Positions 57,587-64,000 of a stretch of 64,000 nt of DNA are shown in pieces. Numbering within the stretch: position 1 is the stretch's first letter; every line of letters starts with the position of its first letter. The stretch comes from a candidate division WWE3 bacterium (lineage in GTDB: Bacteria; Patescibacteriota; WWE3; UBA101185; UBA10185): NCBI GenBank assembly GCA_003599255.1, contig QZJF01000021.1, forward strand, positions 2,287 to 66,286, given 5' to 3'. Both the position numbers and the translations under genes were made by a program. The notes under the pieces were generated by a model, which saw only the letters and a program-made list of their open reading frames with translations, searched no databases and was not told where the DNA came from.

Positions 57587-59686
57587 TTAGGACTTATTTA
57601 CCTTCGCCGGTGTAATAATATTGATTTTTAGACTGTCGTCTTTTGCCGTTACCCTAACCTCATCGTTTGTAACCAAATCTCCTGAAATAATTTTTTCCGA
57701 TAACACATTTTCGAGTTCTTTTTGAATAAATCTTCTCAAAGGTCTAGCTCCGTATTCTTCGCTGTAACCGTGATCCGCTAGTAACTTTACCGCCTTTTCA
57801 TCGACTTCCAGTCTAATGTTCTGCTCTTGCAAAAGTTTTTTTGTTTTTTTGACGAGTCTTCTGGAGATTTCAACTATATCGTCTTTAGTGAGATTAGAAA
57901 AAATTATTATTTCATCGATCCTGTTCAAGAATTCAGGCTTGAAGGCATCCTTCAATATTCCGAAAATCTTACGTTCAAAATCAAGCTTATCCTGATCTTT
58001 TGATTTCTCTTCTCCTTTTTCAAAACCGATGTCTTTTCTTCGGAGAAGTTCTGAACCAACGTTGGAGGTCATGATGATTATTGTATTCTTGAAATCCACT
58101 GTTCTACCTTTGCTATCGGTCAGACGTCCGTCTTCCATAATCTGCAACAATGCGTTAAACGTATCTGGATGTGCCTTCTCGATCTCATCCAGCAAAATAA
58201 TCGAAAACGGTTTCTTCCTGACTACTTCCGTCAAGTTTCCGCCCTGATCATATCCGACGTATCCCGGAGGCGCACCTATCATCTTACTGACAGAATGTTT
58301 CTCCATATACTCACTCATATCAAGTCTTACAATCATCTCTTCATTTCCGTATAGGGCTTCCGCCAAAGTTTTGGCCAATTCTGTTTTTCCTACACCTGTG
58401 GGACCCAAGAATAAAAAAGTACCTATAGGGCGTTTGGGGTCTTTTAGTCCCGCTCTGGATCTTCTAATAGCCTCTGTGAGCACTTTTACTGCTTCTTCCT
58501 GTCCAACTATCCTTTCGAAGATTCTTTTGTCCAGATTGATAAGCCTTTCCCTTTCTTCAACACTTAACCTTTCCAGCGGAATTCCGGTTGCCCGCGAGAC
58601 TACCTTCACCACATTATCTTCGGTAACGTCAGGAATATCCTCCAATTTTGTTCTGGTCCATATCTCCACAAGCTCTGTCTTGACCTTCTCTAGTTCCTCT
58701 ATCCTATTTAGAATCTCCTTCTTTTCCTCATCAGGCAAATCCGCTCTACTTCTATTTTTCAATTCAGCAAGTTCTTCTTCAACATTTCTAAGATTCTCTG
58801 GCTCTTTTACCTGAGACAGACGGACCAACGCAGAGGCTTCGTCTATTAAATCTATAGCTTTGTCAGGAAGAAACCTGTCGCTTATATACCTGTCACTCAT
58901 CTTAACCGAAGCTTCAATAGCCTCATCGGTTATACGTACATGATGATGCTTTTCGTATCGCTCTCTTAAACCTTTGATTATATCAACAGTCTCTTCAGTT
59001 GAGGGTTCGTTAACCATTATCGGCTGAAATCTTCTTTCAAGCGCCGCATCTTTTTCAATATACTTTCTGTATTCGTCTATCGTTGTGGCACCTACCATTT
59101 GTAGTTCTCCTCTTGCGAGGGCCGGTTTGAGAATATTTGCAGCGTCCATTGAACCTTCTGCGGAACCCGCACCTACAACCGTATGCAACTCATCTACAAA
59201 CAGGATTATTTGTCCCGATGCTGTAATCACTTCCTGAATGATATCTTTGATTCTGGCTTCAAACATACCTCTGTGAGATGTACCTGCAATAATTGAAGCT
59301 ATATCAAGGGCGAAAACCCGTTTTCCTCGAAGTGGTTCAGGAACTTGTCCGTTGATAATTTTTTGAGCGAGACCCTCTACTATAGCAGTCTTACCGACAC
59401 CGGGATCTCCTATCAGTACCGGATTGTTTTTTGTTCTTCTGGAAAGTATGTGAATTACACGTTCAATTTCGTTTTTTCTTCCGATAACAGGATCAAGTTT
59501 GCCTTCACGGGCAAGCTGTGTAAGATCTCTTCCGAATTTATCCAATTTTGAAGCAGTTGTATTTGTTTCTTTCATAAGCTCGTTGTAACAAACCTCACAT
59601 AAAGCCATATAAACTTGCTTGCCTTCAACTATTCTATTTATTGGAATTTTGGCAGGACGTTGTCCGCACCTATGACATAAAACCAT
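57587..59686 (-). CDS. Class I Clp ATPase with N-terminal C4 zinc finger (ClpE-like)
   Basis: CHRC...CEVC N-terminus, two AAA modules ([16 protein letters not shown]), no Clp_N repeats. Confidence 0.9.
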   Translation of the reverse strand: MVLCHRCGQRPAKIPINRIVEGKQVYMALCEVCYNELMKETNTTASKLDKFGRDLTQLAREGKLDPVIGRKNEIERVIHILSRRTKNNPVLIGDPGVGKTAIVEGLAQKIINGQVPEPLRGKRVFALDIASIIAGTSHRGMFEARIKDIIQEVITASGQIILFVDELHTVVGAGSAEGSMDAANILKPALARGELQMVGATTIDEYRKYIEKDAALERRFQPIMVNEPSTEETVDIIKGLRERYEKHHHVRITDEAIEASVKMSDRYISDRFLPDKAIDLIDEASALVRLSQVKEPENLRNVEEELAELKNRSRADLPDEEKKEILNRIEELEKVKTELVEIWTRTKLEDIPDVTEDNVVKVVSRATGIPLERLSVEERERLINLDKRIFERIVGQEEAVKVLTEAIRRSRAGLKDPKRPIGTFLFLGPTGVGKTELAKTLAEALYGNEEMIVRLDMSEYMEKHSVSKMIGAPPGYVGYDQGGNLTEVVRKKPFSIILLDEIEKAHPDTFNALLQIMEDGRLTDSKGRTVDFKNTIIIMTSNVGSELLRRKDIGFEKGEEKSKDQDKLDFERKIFGILKDAFKPEFLNRIDEIIIFSNLTKDDIVEISRRLVKKTKKLLQEQNIRLEVDEKAVKLLADHGYSEEYGARPLRRFIQKELENVLSEKIISGDLVTNDEVRVTAKDDSLKINIITPAKVNKS

Positions 59687-59705
59687 TAATTTATTTTAGC
59701 ATAAA

Positions 59706-59732
59706 TTAGCACTCGCACAAGTAGTCTGCTAC
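59706..59732. promoter_or_regulatory. CIRCE-like HrcA operator upstream of clp gene
   Basis: TTAGCACTC-N9-GTCTGCTAC versus consensus TTAGCACTC-N9-GAGTGCTAA. Confidence 0.7.
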
Positions 59733-59746
59733 TACAGGTCGTAACA

Positions 59747-61594
59747 TCAATGCTCCCACTCATCGCCTACAAATGGATCGGAACGTATCTGAACATTTTT
59801 AATAAAAAGCTTGGCTGCTCGTACCATTTCCTCGGATTGTACTTCTGCCCAGTCCTGAGCTTGATCTTCACGCACTTCGGTTACAATCTCGTCATGTACT
59901 GTTAATGTGATTTCGCCATCTACTTTATCCTTTTTTATCCTTTCCTGAATAAACACAAGGGCGTACTTGATAGCATCCGCATTCGTTCCCTGGATCGGGT
60001 GATTTTTGGCTTCTCTCTCAATTTGAGCCTGCTTTCTTCGAAATTCCGGGTCGTCTCTTTCCGGCTTGTGGTACCAGCGTTTTCTACCCGCCGGAGTAAT
60101 ACTCCAGCCATTGCGGACAGCCTCTTTTGCAACTTTGTCTAAATAAGCTCTTACACCAGGGTAGCTCGAGAAGTATCTGTTCATGTAGTCCTCTCCTTCT
60201 TCTTTTGTGAACTTCCTGTTTGTTTCCAGCTCTAATCTTCCAGCTAATCCGACAGGGCCCATACCGTACATTAAACCAAATCCTATCGGCTTGGCTATTT
60301 GACGAAGATCAGGGTACTTCTTTTTAAAATCATCAGTATATTCTTTTCCGAACATAAGCGATGCAGTGTATGAGTGTATGTCCAAACCACTGTTCAGTGC
60401 GCTAATCATCTTTGCATCTTTCGAAAACTCGGCCAAAATTCTCATCTCAAAATTCGAATAATCTGCTACAACTAATTTGTAGCCCGGACGCGGATTGAAA
60501 CAAGTCCTAAATTGAACCTCTTCGGAATTTCTCGGTATTTGCTGTAAATTGGGATTATTGCACGAGAATCTGCCTGTAGCTGTACCGAGTTGATTAAACT
60601 CAGGATGAATTCTTCCTGTTTTAGGATTAATTTTTTGCAGCAAACTATCTCCGAATGCTGATACCAATTTCTCATAAGCTCTGTAGTCTCTTAAAATCTT
60701 AGCCACAGGGTGATCTGTGCCCGCTAAGATTGCATCACCGGTCGAGGGAATGTTTAGCTTAAGCCTGTTGTTAAACAGGTCCATCAACTGTACTTGGCTG
60801 TTCATGTTTATTAAATCAGTATGATTGCCAAATAAGTCTATTGATGATGCTACAAAGTATGGCTTTATGGCCTCCTGAAATTGTTTCGCGTAAATATCTC
60901 TCTTTTCTCCCAAATTCTTTATGATACTGCTCCATTTTTCTTTATTAATATAAATACCTGCCATCTCCATGTTTCCGACTACGCGGGTCACTGCAAATTC
61001 AAGTTTTCCAATATTTATCAACCCGTTGTTGCGTAACTGTTCAAGCTGCGCCTCAAAAACAGGGAACATTATCAGTGTATCAACTGCTGCATACTTTAGC
61101 TGCGATTCATCGAGCTTTGTTTTAGCCGTAACTCTCTCAAAGGTTCCCCGAACTTCTTTTTTTAGTTCTATGCCTGTGTATTTCTTAACTAAATCTTTTA
61201 AACTGTAATATGCTTTTCCAACCCCTGAGTTAAGTACAGCTTCGGTCAACATGGTATCAAATATGTTATCCAGTTCAATTCCTGTTTTAGCTTTAATATA
61301 TTTGTAATCAAATTTACCGTTGTGCAAAATCTTAATAATCTTTTTATTCTCAAGAAATTTTTTGAAACGCTCGTTGTCACTTACATCAATTTTTCTTACG
61401 TCAAAGATATAACTTATATGAGGTGTAGCAATCTGGATTATGATTAAATACCCTGTAATAGGGTCCAAACTTGTAGCTTCAACGTCAACCGCTACAACTT
61501 TTTCTTTTTCTAGAAATTCCAGTGCAGTGTGTAGCTGGTCTTCCTGAACAATGTATTCGTATCTAGGATTTTCCGGATCAAATCTTAATTCCAT
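59747..61594 (-). CDS. polA: Family A DNA polymerase with 3'-5' exonuclease, no 5'-3' exonuclease domain
   Basis: Exo DVEAT/HNGKFD/YAAVD; TATGRFS..NPNLQQIP, DYSNFEMR, R..AK...FG..YG, VHDE. Confidence 0.9.
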   Translation of the reverse strand: MELRFDPENPRYEYIVQEDQLHTALEFLEKEKVVAVDVEATSLDPITGYLIIIQIATPHISYIFDVRKIDVSDNERFKKFLENKKIIKILHNGKFDYKYIKAKTGIELDNIFDTMLTEAVLNSGVGKAYYSLKDLVKKYTGIELKKEVRGTFERVTAKTKLDESQLKYAAVDTLIMFPVFEAQLEQLRNNGLINIGKLEFAVTRVVGNMEMAGIYINKEKWSSIIKNLGEKRDIYAKQFQEAIKPYFVASSIDLFGNHTDLINMNSQVQLMDLFNNRLKLNIPSTGDAILAGTDHPVAKILRDYRAYEKLVSAFGDSLLQKINPKTGRIHPEFNQLGTATGRFSCNNPNLQQIPRNSEEVQFRTCFNPRPGYKLVVADYSNFEMRILAEFSKDAKMISALNSGLDIHSYTASLMFGKEYTDDFKKKYPDLRQIAKPIGFGLMYGMGPVGLAGRLELETNRKFTKEEGEDYMNRYFSSYPGVRAYLDKVAKEAVRNGWSITPAGRKRWYHKPERDDPEFRRKQAQIEREAKNHPIQGTNADAIKYALVFIQERIKKDKVDGEITLTVHDEIVTEVREDQAQDWAEVQSEEMVRAAKLFIKNVQIRSDPFVGDEWEH

Positions 61595-61622
61595 TCTCCC
61601 TGTATGATACCAGATATATGTT

Positions 61623-62939
61623 TTAAGCTTGGAAAACTTCCGTTATTATCTTTCTTGAAGTCTGAGGGTCGGCTTTACCCTTTGTTTCGCGCATAACCTG
61701 TCCTAATATAAATTCCACAGAGTTAGACTTACCGTTTTTAAAGTCCTGAACTGCCGTAGGATTTTTCTGAATAATCCCGGAAATAATTTTCATCAATTCA
61801 TCTTTATCAGTGATCTTATTTTCTGACTCTTTAACTTTTGCCACAAATTCTTTAGGAGTATACTCCCGAAATTCAGGTTTATTTACAATTAATGCTGCGG
61901 CTGTTTTTGCGGAGACCCCTGAACTTATTATTTCAGAAAGAAGAATTGCATACCCGGAATTATTATAATAAGACATAAACTCAGCCTCGTTAGGTGCTAA
62001 CCCCATTTCAAGATATTTCTGATATTTTTCATGGGGAAGCACAGGTATTTTTGACTTTAAATTTTCAATATAACTCTTATCAAAACTCATTGGCGGAATG
62101 TCAGGTTCAGGAAAATATCTATAATCTTCGGCTTGTTCCTTGTTTCTCTGAGATACGGTCTTACCTGTAACTTCGTTGAATCCCCTATTTTCCTGTTGAA
62201 CACTTTCTCCTTTACTCAATAATGAATATTGTCTTTCAATCTCTGCTCTGACAGCCTTTTCCATAAATCTGAAAGAGTTAATGTTTTTTATTTCAACCTT
62301 ATATTTGGGGAGTTCATTTCTTTCTTCCATTTCAGGAGTTCTAAGCGAAATGTTTGCTTCCAATCTTAACTGTCCTTTTTCCATATCAACGTCTCCTATT
62401 TCTAAAGTCCTAACAACTTCCTGAATCCTTTTTCCGAATTCAACCGCATCCTCAATATTTCTAAAACATGGGGTAGTTACAATTTCGACAAGGGGCATCC
62501 CGGATTTATTAAAGTCAACCAATGTTTTTGATCCCTCGTGGATAGATTTAGCGGTATCCTCTTCTAAATGGATTCTCTCTAGCACAACTTCAAAACCCGA
62601 ATTTAATTTGACTGTACCGCCCTCACAAAGAGGAAGTTTATATTGACTGATTTGATAACCTTTGGGTAAATCAGGATAAGAATAGTGCTTTCTGTCAAAC
62701 CTGGAGTCCGGATTTATTTTGCACCCGAACGCTATACCAAGTATCTGTGCTTTCATAACAGCTTCGGAATTGGGCACAGGAAGAGCTCCCGGCAATCCTA
62801 AACAAGTAGGACATACATGGGTATTTGGATCTGCCTCATAAATATCAGCATCGCATCTGCAAAACATTTTTGTTTTTGTTCTCAGGTGTAAATGTATTTC
62901 TAAACCCAAAACGAGTCGATATTCATCCATATTTTTCAT
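61623..62939 (-). CDS. gatB: Asp/Glu-tRNA amidotransferase subunit B
   Basis: GLEIH, KMFCRC, YPDLPKGYQISQ, HLEED, EIKNINSFR, DYRYFPEPD. Confidence 0.97.
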   Translation of the reverse strand: MKNMDEYRLVLGLEIHLHLRTKTKMFCRCDADIYEADPNTHVCPTCLGLPGALPVPNSEAVMKAQILGIAFGCKINPDSRFDRKHYSYPDLPKGYQISQYKLPLCEGGTVKLNSGFEVVLERIHLEEDTAKSIHEGSKTLVDFNKSGMPLVEIVTTPCFRNIEDAVEFGKRIQEVVRTLEIGDVDMEKGQLRLEANISLRTPEMEERNELPKYKVEIKNINSFRFMEKAVRAEIERQYSLLSKGESVQQENRGFNEVTGKTVSQRNKEQAEDYRYFPEPDIPPMSFDKSYIENLKSKIPVLPHEKYQKYLEMGLAPNEAEFMSYYNNSGYAILLSEIISSGVSAKTAAALIVNKPEFREYTPKEFVAKVKESENKITDKDELMKIISGIIQKNPTAVQDFKNGKSNSVEFILGQVMRETKGKADPQTSRKIITEVFQA

Positions 62940-62941
62940 TC

Positions 62942-63646
62942 TTAAATGTGATTAATGTCTTTTAATACAACCTTGGTCATCTGCATTCTATCAAAGGAAA
63001 GCATGAATTCAACAACTTTGGACACTTCCGAGGGATCCAGGCTATTGCTCATATCTTTTTCGATTCCCGCGTTCTTAAAAAGATTGGTGTTAATAAGACT
63101 TGGGTAAATACCCAATACCGAAATTCCAAAACCCGATAGTTCGGCATTTAAGGATTCCGTAAAGCCTGTAATTGCCCATTTCGAAGCATTGTATATAGAC
63201 CTTTCAGCTTTTCCTGTGAGTCCCGCTGTTGAAATCACATTTAAAATTACTCCGCTTTTGTGGGATTTCATGCTGGGAACCACTGCCCTGCTAAAGTACA
63301 TGGTTCCAAGTGTATTAACTTCAATCGTCTTTTTTATCAAGTCATATGCATAACTATCAATAGGACCTGTAAGCATTACTCCCGCATTGTTGATCAAAAC
63401 ATCTATATGTTTAAAATTTTCCAAAAGAACATTTATCAAAGCGTCAATCTGATCGGGATTTGAAACATCACAATGGTAAAACTCGGCCCCGACGCTCTCA
63501 GCTGTTTCCTTTAGTTCATTTTCATCCAAATCTATAAGAATTAATTTGTATCCGGGATTACCGCTGAGTTGGACTGCAATTTCTTTACCCAAACCTTGCG
63601 CGGCTCCGGTAACTACGATATTTTTCTTATTATCTGTCATATTCAT
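62942..63646 (-). CDS. SDR family oxidoreductase
   Basis: TGAAQGLG, NNAG, YNASK. Confidence 0.93.
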   Translation of the reverse strand: MNMTDNKKNIVVTGAAQGLGKEIAVQLSGNPGYKLILIDLDENELKETAESVGAEFYHCDVSNPDQIDALINVLLENFKHIDVLINNAGVMLTGPIDSYAYDLIKKTIEVNTLGTMYFSRAVVPSMKSHKSGVILNVISTAGLTGKAERSIYNASKWAITGFTESLNAELSGFGISVLGIYPSLINTNLFKNAGIEKDMSNSLDPSEVSKVVEFMLSFDRMQMTKVVLKDINHI

Positions 63647-63999
63647 AAACGCATGCCTAATCTGTATAAGGCATCCTTTAAATCCGAAATGGCTTCTTTA
63701 ATAATGTAATGTGGGGGTTCGTAGCCTGTTTCATGCACGAGATTATTCCTTATTTTATGTGCATCCCACACTTTGCCATAAGTAAATTTATCAAATTTTG
63801 GTTTTGCATTTTTGAGTCTCTCCCCCATGGTTTCTCCGGGAACTAACTCTCTTAGGGCATTATCAAGTGTCTTATCCGCAGATATTAAAGCCTGCCGTAA
63901 TTGTGAGGGTGAACCTGCTTTTATAAGTTCGGAAATTTTCGCCCATTCATCTTTTATACGCCTTTCAGTGTTTATGCTGATTGAGCTATAACCGGCAGA
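63643..63999 (-). CDS. Hypothetical protein, C-terminal part (5' end outside window)
   Basis: Frame open to window end: ...QALISADKTLDNAL...GETMGERLK...AHKIRNNLVH. Confidence 0.75.
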   Translation of the reverse strand, partial: SAGYSSISINTERRIKDEWAKISELIKAGSPSQLRQALISADKTLDNALRELVPGETMGERLKNAKPKFDKFTYGKVWDAHKIRNNLVHETGYEPPHYIIKEAISDLKDALYRLGMRL

Positions 64000-64000
64000 A

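Noticed and set aside
1542-63463. Many short antisense ORFs inside long genes
   Set aside because: Shadow frames of well-supported genes with no independent signals.
63643-63999. HEPN ribonuclease toxin based on RNNLVH
   Set aside because: Gene is truncated by the window edge and a single RxxxxH motif is insufficient.
1-64000. Genome-wide stop codon reassignment implied by the UUA tRNA
   Set aside because: Conserved genes end normally at TAA, TAG and TGA and show no internal stops under the standard bacterial code.
1-64000. CRISPR array, prophage or IS element
   Set aside because: No regularly spaced repeats, cas genes, phage structural genes, integrase or transposase seen.

Overview
AT-rich bacterial chromosome segment. 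Gene content and style suggest a Patescibacteria/CPR-type genome (inference, no marker search done). It carries housekeeping genes (leuS, gatB, map, rarA, tgt, rsmI, rpmG, rplS, a Klenow-type polA, a ClpE-like ATPase with a CIRCE-like operator, a shortened RelA/SpoT homolog), two MacAB-type ABC exporter operons, two P-type ATPases, rmlA/rmlB, a CdaA-CdaR fusion and nine canonical tRNAs. No CRISPR array, integrase or transposase was seen. Three things stand out. (1) A ~440-nt transcription unit at 36187-36630 (-) has its own promoter and terminator, at least eight helices and no credible ORF, and I cannot match it to a known RNA class. (2) A tRNA-like gene at 14118-14195 has a UUA (ochre-reading) anticodon. 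(3) About a dozen dispersed, self-contained orphan-gene units share a promoter architecture (often a CTATAG palindrome beside the -10 or -35 element and CATC near +1), strong Shine-Dalgarno sites and long terminator hairpins, whereas many core genes appear leaderless. These units include unannotated zinc-finger microproteins, and the RNA candidate has the same promoter type.
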